Origin: a virus
Lineage: Duplodnaviria; Caudoviricetes
Reading direction: 5' to 3' (one strand)
DNA: 64,000 nucleotides
Virus record (IMG/VR): IMGVR_UViG_2934563053_000002
Location: 14,455 to 78,454 of that record
Shown: piece after piece, positions 17,730-26,550 of the stretch
Layout of the letters: each line of letters begins with the position of its first letter
How positions within the stretch are numbered: the stretch's first letter is position 1
The notes under the pieces: generated by a model
The model's input: the letters and a program-made list of their open reading frames with translations, nothing else
Told to the model about the DNA's origin: nothing
Databases searched by the model: none
Translations under genes and position numbers: made by a program

Positions 17730-17909
17730 ATGACCCTCAGCAAGCTCGCCGACCAGGTACAGAGCGCCGTGCGCCTCGGCGACGCCATCGGCAAGACCGA
17801 GGACGAGATCCACGCCGACGTCCACGCAATCGTCGGCCACCTCCCGCAGGCCGACCTCGACGCAATCCAGCGGATCGTCGCCGACGACGTCGCCCACACC
17901 TGGCGCTGA
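17730..17909 (+). CDS. Hypothetical protein
   Basis: GAGGAG RBS. Confidence 0.6.
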   Translation: MTLSKLADQVQSAVRLGDAIGKTEDEIHADVHAIVGHLPQADLDAIQRIVADDVAHTWR

Positions 17910-17993
17910 CCGGCTGCCCGCGGCGCCCGGCCCGACCCGGGCGCCAAGGAGAACCGGCCAGCCCCCACCCCACCAGCCACCCGGAGGAACCAC

Positions 17994-19106
17994 ATGCGCT
18001 CGCTCACCCGCGGGCAAACCGTCGTACTCACCGTCGCCGCCATCCCCATGGCCGCCGTCGGTATCGGCGGTGCCATCGGCACATACGCGAACGCCCGCAG
18101 CGTCCTCCACCGCAGCGAAACCGCCCTCGGCGTCGTCTCCGCCGGCGAAGGCGCCACCCTCGTGGCGGCGTTGGTCATGCTCGGCCTGACGATGCTCGGA
18201 CAGTCCGCCCCCATAACGATCCGTGCCGCGCTGTGGCTCCTCCCCGGCGCCGCCTCCGTCATGGGCCTCGCCATCGCCCCCAGCCCCCGGGAAGCGGTGG
18301 TGTTCGCCATCACGCCGCTCGCCATGACCGTCTCCGCCGAAGGGCTCGGACTCCTCGCCCGCCGCATCGTCGTGCACCACAGCGGTACGGACATGGAAGC
18401 GCAGCGCCGGAACGCCACGACCATGCGTCGAATCGCCTACCTCCAGGCCCGCGCCGAGAACCACCCGAACCCACGGGTACGGAAGCGGTCCGCGCTGGAG
18501 GCATGGCGGCTCATGTCCCGCGTCGGCGCGGGCGACACCGAACTCGGCTCAGGACTCATCTCGGTGCAGCGCCAGCGGCTCACCACTGGGGCGGACGCGG
18601 CTCTCAGCGCGATGCTCACCGGCTCACACCAGCCCACCCCCAGCGAGCCCCCGGCGCTGCCTGAGCCGAGTGAGCCGCCAGCTGAGCCGGACCATGAGCC
18701 CGCAGATGAGCCGGACTTCGACACCTTCGCCGACGGCGCGCTCCGCCTCGCCGCCCCCGAGCCCCGGCCCAAGCCACACCGGCCCGTCCTGCCCCCGCCC
18801 GATGCGGTCCTCACCCCGCTTGACCAGCACGTCTCACGTGAGCCCGTCGCGAGCCCGGCTGAGCCAGCACCCGACCTCACCACCGAGACACCCCACGAGC
18901 CCACGCCCGAGCCCACCGGTGAGCCCGAGCCCACCAGTGATCCGATCGAAGCTCAGGTCATCGAACTCACGAGCCGACTCCGCCGCGGCGACCGGCTCAC
19001 GAAAACCGCCGCCGCCGAACTCCTCGGCGTGAGCCCCGCCACCGCCGGCCGACGACTCAAGGCCGCCAAGGACCGGCTCACCGACGGCACCGGGATGTAC
19101 CTGTGA
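17994..19106 (+). CDS. SpdB/DUF2637-like membrane protein with C-terminal HTH
   Basis: Four TM segments (GIGGAIGTY.N, ALGVVSAGEG, AVVFAITPLAM...EG), Pro/Glu linker, LTKTAAAELLGVSPATAGRRL. Confidence 0.65.
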   Translation: MRSLTRGQTVVLTVAAIPMAAVGIGGAIGTYANARSVLHRSETALGVVSAGEGATLVAALVMLGLTMLGQSAPITIRAALWLLPGAASVMGLAIAPSPREAVVFAITPLAMTVSAEGLGLLARRIVVHHSGTDMEAQRRNATTMRRIAYLQARAENHPNPRVRKRSALEAWRLMSRVGAGDTELGSGLISVQRQRLTTGADAALSAMLTGSHQPTPSEPPALPEPSEPPAEPDHEPADEPDFDTFADGALRLAAPEPRPKPHRPVLPPPDAVLTPLDQHVSREPVASPAEPAPDLTTETPHEPTPEPTGEPEPTSDPIEAQVIELTSRLRRGDRLTKTAAAELLGVSPATAGRRLKAAKDRLTDGTGMYL

Positions 19107-19335
19107 GCCCCGCCGACACGCCGCCGCTGTCCGCCCCGGTCACCACCGTGCCCACCCGCTCCGGCACCCGCGCCGCGATACACCGCCACGACTACCACCA
19201 GCCCAGCCCCCGTGGCGGCTTCACCCGGCACGGCTACGCCTGGCGCTGCCCTACCTGCACCCACACCGCCACCGGCTACACCACCTACACCCCCGCCCAC
19301 ACCGACGCCTCCCACCACCACTGCCAGGAGCAGCC

Positions 19336-20016
19336 ATGACCACCGGCCTCTTCATCCTCGCCGCGGCCGTAGCGCTGCTGTGGCTCCACCCCCGTGACCG
19401 CCACCGGCCCGGCCCCGGAGCGTCCGCCACCGCCCGCGCCCGCCAACTACGCACCCCCCTCGTCCGTCTCGCCAGCCTGCTCGGTATCTCCACCCGCCGC
19501 GGCCGGGCCGCCGCCCGCTTCGAGGCGGGGGCCGTAGGCGAGCGCGCTACAGCCCGGCTCCTTGCCCCTCTGGTGGGGGAGGGGTGGTCCCTGCTCCATG
19601 ACAGGGCCCTGCCCGGCAGCCGCGCCAACGTGGACCACCTGGTCATCTCCCCGACGGGGGTGGTCCTCGTCCCGGACTCCAAGCGCTGGTCCGCCCGCTA
19701 CGAGCTGGCGGTGTGGGAGGGGCGGTTGTGGCACGGCGGGCGGGATGTCACCGACCGGCTCAACGGGCTCCGGCACGAGACCGCCGCCGTCGCCCGCCTC
19801 CTGGGCGTGCCGGTGGTGCCGCTGGTGGTGATGCACGGCGCCCCCCTGCCCGAGGCGGGCCTGCTGGTGGCCGGTATTCGCATCGTGCCTGCCAACCGTG
19901 CCGTCTCGGTGCTACGGCGTATCGGGGCCGCTCCCGGGCGGCAGAATGCTGCGCTGCTACGACGCCGCGCTGCCCGCCTGCTGCCGCCCTACCAGGAGAG
20001 GCCGGGGCATGGCTGA
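19336..20016 (+). CDS. Membrane-anchored NERD (nuclease-related) domain protein
   Basis: N-terminal TM; GAVGERATA, LHDRALPGSRANVDHLVISPTGV..DSK.W. Confidence 0.85.
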   Translation: MTTGLFILAAAVALLWLHPRDRHRPGPGASATARARQLRTPLVRLASLLGISTRRGRAAARFEAGAVGERATARLLAPLVGEGWSLLHDRALPGSRANVDHLVISPTGVVLVPDSKRWSARYELAVWEGRLWHGGRDVTDRLNGLRHETAAVARLLGVPVVPLVVMHGAPLPEAGLLVAGIRIVPANRAVSVLRRIGAAPGRQNAALLRRRAARLLPPYQERPGHG

Positions 20017-20737
20017 CGACCAGCAGCGGCCGTTCGCACCGCCCTCTGCGCCTCCGCTACCGCCTGCCCCGCCCGGCACGGATCCGGTGAGCGTGCCGCC
20101 ATGGCGCCGGCCCGCGCCCGCCCCCGAGCTCGCCGCACGCCACGACGACGGCTGGTGGGACCGGCTCTACGCCGACGACACCGACACCGGCCCCGCCGAG
20201 GACTGGTGGGACAAGCCCCTGGAACCCACGCCGGGGGTGCCGGGGGTGCCGCCTGTCCCGATCCCGCAGATGTGCACCCACCCCCAGCCGCACCCGGTCC
20301 ACGCCCAGCCCACCAACGAGCTGGTGGCCTACTGGTGCGCCGACTGCGGGACGCAGCTCGACGTCCCGGAACCGGCCCGCGAGCCCCGGCGGCGGCTGCC
20401 CGCCATCAAGACGGGCGCCGTCGACCAGCGGGCCGAGCAGGTCCGCCAGCACCTGCACGTCGAGCACCGCACCTGGGTCCTGCTCTACAACGGCAGCGCC
20501 GCTGGGCTCGGCTGGGCGTTCGGCCTGGTCGACCTGTTCGGCGGCTGGATCACCGGCTGCGGCCGCGACTACAGCGTCACCACCGCACTGCTCCTCGGCA
20601 GCGGCATCGTCGTCCTCCTCGGCCAGGTCCTCGACCGCCGCACCCGCGGCTGGTGGGGCCCGCTCCCGTGGATCTGCCGCGCCCCCCTCGCCTCCGCCGT
20701 ACTGGCCCTGGGCCTGTACGCGCCCGCCTCCCTCTGA
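20009..20737 (+). CDS. Membrane protein
   Basis: WWDRLY motif; LYNGSAAGLGW; three C-terminal TM segments. Confidence 0.7.
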   Translation: MADDQQRPFAPPSAPPLPPAPPGTDPVSVPPWRRPAPAPELAARHDDGWWDRLYADDTDTGPAEDWWDKPLEPTPGVPGVPPVPIPQMCTHPQPHPVHAQPTNELVAYWCADCGTQLDVPEPAREPRRRLPAIKTGAVDQRAEQVRQHLHVEHRTWVLLYNGSAAGLGWAFGLVDLFGGWITGCGRDYSVTTALLLGSGIVVLLGQVLDRRTRGWWGPLPWICRAPLASAVLALGLYAPASL

Positions 20738-20755
20738 GTCCTGGAGTCCTCCGTC

Positions 20756-21232
20756 ATGGTCACCACCGCAGCACCGGCTGCCCAGATCGCGCCGTCCCCG
20801 GGCCTGGGGCAGGGCGAGATCCTCGGCCACCTCGGCGCCGGCGGCGCCGCCCTGGTCGTCACCGTCGTGCTCGTCCTCGGCGTCAAGGCCGCAGGCAAGG
20901 GGAAGCCGTTGCCGTGGACGCTCGCGCTGTTCCTCGGCGCGCTCGCGGCCACCCTCTACGCCGCCGCGGGCGGCATCTGGTCCACCCCCGCCGATCTGCT
21001 CGGCACCCTGCTGGCTGCGCTCGGTGTCGGCGGCAGCGGCGGCCCCCTCGGCAACGTCGGCATGGGCGCCGCGGCCTGCTGCATCGCCGCCGTCCTGTAC
21101 TGGAAGAAGCTGACGTTGAAGCAGGTCGCCATCTGGGGCTTCGTCGCCGCCTACGTCGCGGGGCGTGCGGGCGGCATCTGGGGCGTCCTCGCCTCCGTCG
21201 TCGCCTCCTTCGCGAAGATCCTGGGGGTCTGA
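20756..21232 (+). CDS. Gly/Ala-rich multi-TM membrane protein
   Basis: Four or five hydrophobic segments, repeated AGGIW. Confidence 0.75.
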   Translation: MVTTAAPAAQIAPSPGLGQGEILGHLGAGGAALVVTVVLVLGVKAAGKGKPLPWTLALFLGALAATLYAAAGGIWSTPADLLGTLLAALGVGGSGGPLGNVGMGAAACCIAAVLYWKKLTLKQVAIWGFVAAYVAGRAGGIWGVLASVVASFAKILGV

Positions 21233-21945
21233 TGCCCGAGGAGAAGCCCCGCCCCGTGGCCCGAGCGCGGGAGGCCGCCCGCCCCTTCGTCCCCGGCCGG
21301 CACCTCGCTACGTCGCTGTGCTCGGGCAGCCGCGCCCTGCTCGAACGGGGCGCGGCCTGGATCGCCGCAGGCGACGGCACCCAGGGAAGCGCGACCCGCC
21401 TGGGTGGGGTAGCCGCGGGCGCGGTCGGCATCGTGCTCCTGGTCGACCAGCACCCGCCGATGATGACGCCGCTGACCGCGGCCTGGTGCGTCGCCGCGTG
21501 GACGCTGGCCCCCGCCCCCCGAAACGATCAAGACGAACCGGGGGAGCAGCCGGTCGAGGTCGTGCCACCGGCCGCGCACATCGTCGCCCGCGCCGTCCGC
21601 GAGATCACCGCCGACACCGGGCAGCGCGGCGCCCACCTCGACACCATCGCCGACGCCCTCCCCGGAGCCACGAAACAGACCGTTCGTCAGGCCCTCGACG
21701 CGGCCGGGATCACGGTCACCGAAGCGCTCAACTTGAAGGCGCCGGGGGGACGCCAGCGGAACCGCATGGGGGTCCTCGTCCGGGACCTCCCGGACGGGCT
21801 CGGGCAGCCCGACCCGACCCCCGCTCCCGGCCCGCCCGGCAGCCCCGACCGGGGCCCCGCCTACACCCCCGTCACACCCCACCCACAGCCAGGCGCAGCG
21901 CCCGCTCCCCACGCCCCGACCAGCCCCCGCCCCGGGGCCCGGTAG
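21232..21945 (+). CDS. Membrane protein with C-terminal winged-helix-like region
   Basis: Two TM segments (AAWCVAAW), then GAHLDTIA...TVRQALDAAGI..GV...DLP. Confidence 0.65.
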   Translation: MPEEKPRPVARAREAARPFVPGRHLATSLCSGSRALLERGAAWIAAGDGTQGSATRLGGVAAGAVGIVLLVDQHPPMMTPLTAAWCVAAWTLAPAPRNDQDEPGEQPVEVVPPAAHIVARAVREITADTGQRGAHLDTIADALPGATKQTVRQALDAAGITVTEALNLKAPGGRQRNRMGVLVRDLPDGLGQPDPTPAPGPPGSPDRGPAYTPVTPHPQPGAAPAPHAPTSPRPGAR

Positions 21946-22034
21946 CCCGGTAGGAACCGCAGGTCAGCCCGCTTCCTACCCGCCGCCTACCCAGTTCCTA
22001 CCTACCCGCCTACCGCCCCCGAGAGGACCCGCCG

Positions 22035-22271
22035 ATGGCCTACCAGTACCGGTGCGACGACTGCGGCACCACCGCAGAACCGGTGCACTCCCGCGCCGCC
22101 CTCGCCGCCGTGAAAGGCCGCCATCGGCAACTCGCCCACCACGGACTGCGGCCCGACGGCGAACACATCGACACCGTCGGCGTCCGCCAACGACTGTCCT
22201 GGCGCACCGGCTGCGGCTTCGCCGTCCTCGCCTGGATCGCCGTCCTCGACTGGATCATCCGCCACCTCTGA
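22035..22271 (+). CDS. Small zinc-finger/TM protein
   Basis: YRCDDC...H...H, C-terminal TM. Confidence 0.6.
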   Translation: MAYQYRCDDCGTTAEPVHSRAALAAVKGRHRQLAHHGLRPDGEHIDTVGVRQRLSWRTGCGFAVLAWIAVLDWIIRHL

Positions 22272-22472
22272 AGGAGACACCGATGCACGCCATCCGCGCG
22301 CTGGTCACCCGACTGATCCCGCCCACCTACTGCCCCGGCTGCGGCTGGTGGGTCCGCGCCTGCCCACACATGAACTGACGAGTACAACCAGACCCACACA
22401 GAGGCCACAAGACCCTCACGTACCCGACACACCCACCAGTACGATCCATCCTTCAACAACCAGGGGGGACCC

Positions 22473-23111
22473 ATGAACCCGCGCACAGCAACCTCCGCCG
22501 CTCTCATCGCCGCCGCGCTCCTCACCGCCACCGCCTGCGGCACCGACAACAACCGCGGCATCGCCGAACGGGCCCCGAAGAAACCCGCAGCCAACGCCGA
22601 GCAGGCCAACAAGGGCTGCGGCAAGGACAGCGACCTCTCACAGTCCGACTGGGAGGAGCTGTGCGGGCCGGGCGCCGTCGGCAACGGACAGGCGCCCGAC
22701 ACCGAGTTGAAGGTCGGCGACACCTTCAAGTACCCCGACGGTGTCCGCGCCACCATCAGCAGCATCAGCCAGCTGACCCAGTTCGGAGAGTTCGACGACC
22801 GGCCCAAGGCGAACCAGATCGCGTTCCGCGTCAGCCTCGACGTCAAGAACGACTCGAAGAAGCCAGTGCAGCTCGACGACTTCGCCATCGACGCCTCCGG
22901 TGCCACGAACGGCGGCAACGTGGAACTCTTCATGGTCGAGGCCGGAGCCAAGCAGCTGATGGGACGTGTGGCCCCCGGCGCCACGGCGAAGGGCACCAAC
23001 GAGTTCGCGATCACCAAGTCCAGCGGTCGACAGATTGTCGCCACGGTGTCCCGTATGGATGAGGACACCATCCTCGACGAGGACCCCAACTGGACCGGCC
23101 CGATTCGCTGA
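22473..23111 (+). CDS. Lipoprotein, DUF4352-like Ig fold
   Basis: Lipobox LTATAC; LKVGDT...V.LDVKNDSKKPV...VAPGATAKG. Confidence 0.75.
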   Translation: MNPRTATSAALIAAALLTATACGTDNNRGIAERAPKKPAANAEQANKGCGKDSDLSQSDWEELCGPGAVGNGQAPDTELKVGDTFKYPDGVRATISSISQLTQFGEFDDRPKANQIAFRVSLDVKNDSKKPVQLDDFAIDASGATNGGNVELFMVEAGAKQLMGRVAPGATAKGTNEFAITKSSGRQIVATVSRMDEDTILDEDPNWTGPIR

Positions 23112-23312
23112 CCGCTGCCCCCCACCGCGGCCCCGCTGCCACCCCCAGTGCGGCGGGGCCGCACCACGTCCAGAAGCAGTCAGCGCGCGGACCTAGCCAG
23201 CCGGCCGCCGACTCTGCCACGGTGGAGGTGCACCGCCTGGGGGGCCACCTCACACCGCGGGCCCTGCCGTCTCCCAAGTGGCGGCAGGGCCCGCGTCGTG
23301 CGTGCCGTCGAA

Positions 23313-23705
23313 CTACGGCCGCCACTCCATCTTGTAGCCGTCGTGATCCGCGTACAGGGCGGCCATGCGGCGCAGCGTGCCGCAGTCCTCACCATCCACC
23401 GCGCACACATAGCCTCCGTCCCCATCGGAATGCAACGCGTGTTCGGTGAGCAGCCACTCCAATAGGTCAACCTCCGCGAAGGTCCGCGTCGGATCGTGCC
23501 GCGCGATGTGGGTCAGCTCGTCCTCGTTGAGGCTGCTCGTCCTGTCGAGGTGCTCGGTACCGAGATCGACATAGACGTTGTCCTCGTCGCGTCGGAGTTC
23601 CCAGGTTGGCTTGGCCCACGGGGCGCCGGCCGGGCGCTCGGCGAACTCCTTGTCCTCGGCGACGCGTAGCCACAGGAAGTCGGTCAGGTCACGGTCCATG
23701 CTCAT
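23313..23705 (-). CDS. DUF6221 family protein (second copy)
   Basis: DLTDFL..RVAED...HIARHDP.R..AEVD...TLRRMA.LYADH.GY..EWRP. Confidence 0.85.
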   Translation of the reverse strand: MSMDRDLTDFLWLRVAEDKEFAERPAGAPWAKPTWELRRDEDNVYVDLGTEHLDRTSSLNEDELTHIARHDPTRTFAEVDLLEWLLTEHALHSDGDGGYVCAVDGEDCGTLRRMAALYADHDGYKMEWRP

Positions 23706-23884
23706 GTCCCTTCGGTCAGGTCGGGCCGCGCAGGGAGCTTGGCGCCCGGTCGACGGAGGTACCAGGCGACGAGGGCTTTGATGACGGCGGCCCGATCTCC
23801 TCCCGGTGCTTGGGCGGCGAGGTCTTTCCAGTCATCGTCGGAGATGCGCACCGACCTGTGTTTCGTCTTGGGCTTGTCTGGCAT
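23702..23884 (-). CDS. Ribbon-helix-helix repressor
   Basis: PKTKHRSVRISDDDW...DRAAVIKALVAWYL. Confidence 0.75.
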   Translation of the reverse strand: MPDKPKTKHRSVRISDDDWKDLAAQAPGGDRAAVIKALVAWYLRRPGAKLPARPDLTEGT

Positions 23885-23900
23885 GGGGGAACAGTATCGC

Positions 23901-23972
23901 GGTGTACGTACACATGGCCATGCTTGAACCCTTGCGGTGTACGTACAGCTTCCCCTATGGTGTACGTACACC
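23901..23972. promoter_or_regulatory. Three palindromic operators GGTGTACGTACA(C/G)
   Basis: Copies at 23901, 23936 and 23959 between divergent genes. Confidence 0.8.
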
Positions 23973-23990
23973 AACATCGAGGGGGACCCG

Positions 23991-24320
23991 ATGGACGCGA
24001 CGCACACGCACTGCCTTCGCTGCGGCCGGCTTCTTCGGTCCGTCGTCAGCCGGGCCCGCGGTTACGGCCGTACCTGCGCCGCTCGCGTTCGCCGGGCCGC
24101 CGCCGACCTCGCTGGGTTCAAGCCGCACCAGGTCGACGCGGCCCGCGAGCTGATCGAGGACGGGGCGATCGTCGCCATCCGCAACCAGGTGTTCCGTGCC
24201 GTGTCCACCGACGGCACCGCCACCTACCTGTGCCACCCCACGAACTGCGCCTGCCCCGCCGGGCTCGCGTCCCGCCGCTGCTACCACGTCCTCGCCGCAC
24301 GCCTGCTGCTCGCCGCCTGA
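23991..24320 (+). CDS. DUF6011-like plus SWIM zinc-finger protein
   Basis: CLRCGR.L...S..RGYGRTC; CACPAG....CYH. Confidence 0.75.
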   Translation: MDATHTHCLRCGRLLRSVVSRARGYGRTCAARVRRAAADLAGFKPHQVDAARELIEDGAIVAIRNQVFRAVSTDGTATYLCHPTNCACPAGLASRRCYHVLAARLLLAA

Positions 24321-24332
24321 AAGGGGACCGCC

Positions 24333-24524
24333 ATGAAGTTCGGGATCACCGTCCACCAGCTCGACGAGCGGGGCCGGATCGTGGACCTCGCTCTCTACGA
24401 GCAGGCGGCCGACGCGCCGTCGATGGAAGACCGGGTGACGGAGTTGCACCGGGAGTACCCGGCGCCGCACTTCCGCACGGACGTGGAATCCCTCAAGCCC
24501 CTCTTCCCCGGCGAGGGTTTCTGA
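24333..24524 (+). CDS. Hypothetical protein
   Basis: AGGGG RBS, codon bias. Confidence 0.55.
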   Translation: MKFGITVHQLDERGRIVDLALYEQAADAPSMEDRVTELHREYPAPHFRTDVESLKPLFPGEGF

Positions 24525-24604
24525 CCTGCTATCCGGGTCCGCTCCGCAGCCACCTGGCGGAGCGTGCCCCTACCGTCGACACCAACCACCAAAGGAGCGC
24601 CAGC

Positions 24605-24763
24605 ATGAGACTGGTCGACATCAAGAAGGACGGCACGACGACGGTCGAACTGACCGACGAAGAGGCGCACGCGATCCGCGACGTGCTGGGGCTGGCGCCG
24701 AGCACCGAGGCGTGGGGGCTTCACCGGCTCCTCTCCCACGCGCACGGCGACAAGGAGAACTGA
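24605..24763 (+). CDS. Hypothetical protein
   Basis: AGGAG RBS. Confidence 0.55.
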   Translation: MRLVDIKKDGTTTVELTDEEAHAIRDVLGLAPSTEAWGLHRLLSHAHGDKEN

Positions 24764-24765
24764 CC

Positions 24766-24987
24766 ATGCCGAAGTACACGGTGCCGCTCACCGGCTACGC
24801 GAACATCGCAGTCACCGTGGAGACCGACGAGACCGACCCCGAAGCGATCGCAGAACTCGCGCAAGAACAGGTCTACGTCTCCCTCTGCCACCAGTGCGGC
24901 GGTCACACCAACAGCTCGCTGGAGGTCGGTGACGAGTGGGAGGCCGTCCGGAGGGAGCACGGCACGCCCGAGGTCACCAAGGAGTGA
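24766..24987 (+). CDS. Hypothetical protein
   Basis: AGGAG RBS; SLCHQC motif. Confidence 0.6.
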   Translation: MPKYTVPLTGYANIAVTVETDETDPEAIAELAQEQVYVSLCHQCGGHTNSSLEVGDEWEAVRREHGTPEVTKE

Positions 24988-25202
24988 TCGTCACGGTTCG
25001 CTGAACGCCCCAGCCCCCTCACGCGGCTGGGGCTTCGCGCGCGCCATCCACCGCCCCGACCCCGGCAACACCTCACGCGGCAACAGACACGGCTCGATCT
25101 CCAGCGCCGCACACAACCGCTCCAGCGCAGCCTCACACACAGCCTCAGACTCCGCCTGCACCGTGAACGTCGGATCCATGCACAGCAGTCTGCCCCAGCC
25201 CG

Positions 25203-25676
25203 TCACCCAGCGGAGGCTTTCGCCTCATCCATGCCCATCTCCATCAACAGCGCCGACGAGCCGGCCACGATATCCGCCACATGCTTCGGGCACGGCGACC
25301 CTTCCATCCCCGCGTTCGGATCACCCTTGCACTCGTGCTTGGTGTAGTCGGTCGACGCCCGGTCGATCTTCTTGATGCGTTTCACCGTCCGCGGATACCG
25401 GTCCTTGGCCCCGTCGTCCAGCTCGTCGCGCAGCCGGTACACCGCGATCACGATGCCGGACAGGTAGTCGGCGCACTCTGTTGAGCCCACGTTCTCGCAC
25501 ACCGAGGTCGGTGCTTTGTCCTTCGCAGCTTGGATCTTCGGCTGCCACTTCTCGGACAGCGGCTTCCCCGACGGCCGCGAATCGGAGTCCGTCTTGGTCG
25601 CCTCGTCGCTGCTGCCGCATCCTGCCGCGGCCAGCAGCACCGCCGCCGAGCACGCTGCAATCACCGTGCGCTTCAT
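25203..25676 (-). CDS. Lipoprotein
   Basis: GAGGAGG RBS; MKRTV..LLAAAGC lipobox. Confidence 0.75.
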   Translation of the reverse strand: MKRTVIAACSAAVLLAAAGCGSSDEATKTDSDSRPSGKPLSEKWQPKIQAAKDKAPTSVCENVGSTECADYLSGIVIAVYRLRDELDDGAKDRYPRTVKRIKKIDRASTDYTKHECKGDPNAGMEGSPCPKHVADIVAGSSALLMEMGMDEAKASAG

Positions 25677-26020
25677 ACCCCGTCCCCTCCTCGAATGGGG
25701 TGACGGTACGACATGCACTGGCCGGCGGGGGAGGCGCCGGGCGGTTTCGGCGCCGCGCCAACTGTCAGCCCTTGCGCCATACTGGGGTGAGGAGCTGAAC
25801 CGTCCACCGTTGGCGGTGTAGGCGCCTTCCGCCTGGTGTGGGTGGCCCCGGCCACCTCCGATCGACACCGGGCCCACGTCTGCCGGGATCAGGTCGGAAC
25901 CAGGGAACTGGATCCTCCCGCACCACGCCGCGCCCGTCGGGATCAACGCCGCAGCGGGGATAGAGACCCCCGGAGACACGACGCCCCCGCCACCACGGCG
26001 GGGGCGTCGTCGTGTGAGGC

Positions 26021-26206
26021 TCACCTGCGGCGCCGCCTGGTCTTCGCGGCCTTGCGTGCCATACGCGACCGCGCCGCGTGCGCACGCCCCGCGTTCGAGA
26101 TGCGGGCCGCCCGGGTCTTCGACATGCCCTGCCGTCGCAACGCCCGGTACGTGTCCTGCCGGGACCGGTAGACGAACCCGTACCGGCCGCCCCGATCCGA
26201 GACCAT
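26021..26206 (-). CDS. Small very basic protein
   Basis: TYRALRRQGMSKTRAARISNA; ends RRRRR; hairpin at about 25976-26015 downstream. Confidence 0.7.
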   Translation of the reverse strand: MVSDRGGRYGFVYRSRQDTYRALRRQGMSKTRAARISNAGRAHAARSRMARKAAKTRRRRR

Positions 26207-26430
26207 CAGCGCCGGCCCTTCCCGCCGACAGCGATCGACGGGTACTTGCGGCGCACCGCGGCCCTTACCTTCGCGCGCTGTGCCGGCGTCCCGTGCTGCG
26301 CCACCCGCGCGAGCGCGTTCCGAGCCCGGGGCTTGGTGTCGATCGGATAGGCCCGCTTCCCGGGAATCGCGAACGACCTCTTCGGAAGGGAGCGGCGGCG
26401 TTTGGCGGTCATCTTCGGGGACTTCGGCAC
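26206..26430 (-). CDS. DUF6582-like small basic protein
   Basis: RRSLP..SFAIPGKRAYPID...ARNALARV.Q. Confidence 0.7.
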   Translation of the reverse strand: MPKSPKMTAKRRRSLPKRSFAIPGKRAYPIDTKPRARNALARVAQHGTPAQRAKVRAAVRRKYPSIAVGGKGRR

Positions 26431-26550
26431 GGCTGGTCACCTCGCCTCTCGTAGCCGCAGAAGTGCAAGAGCACCCCAACACCTCACGTTTCGCCTACGA
26501 TTCAAAGGTAAAACCGACCTTACGCCATGGGAACAGTGAACGGAGGAGCG

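Noticed and set aside
16480-22378. Complete AICE or conjugative plasmid inserted in the phage
   Set aside because: No TraB/FtsK, Rep or dedicated integrase within the segment
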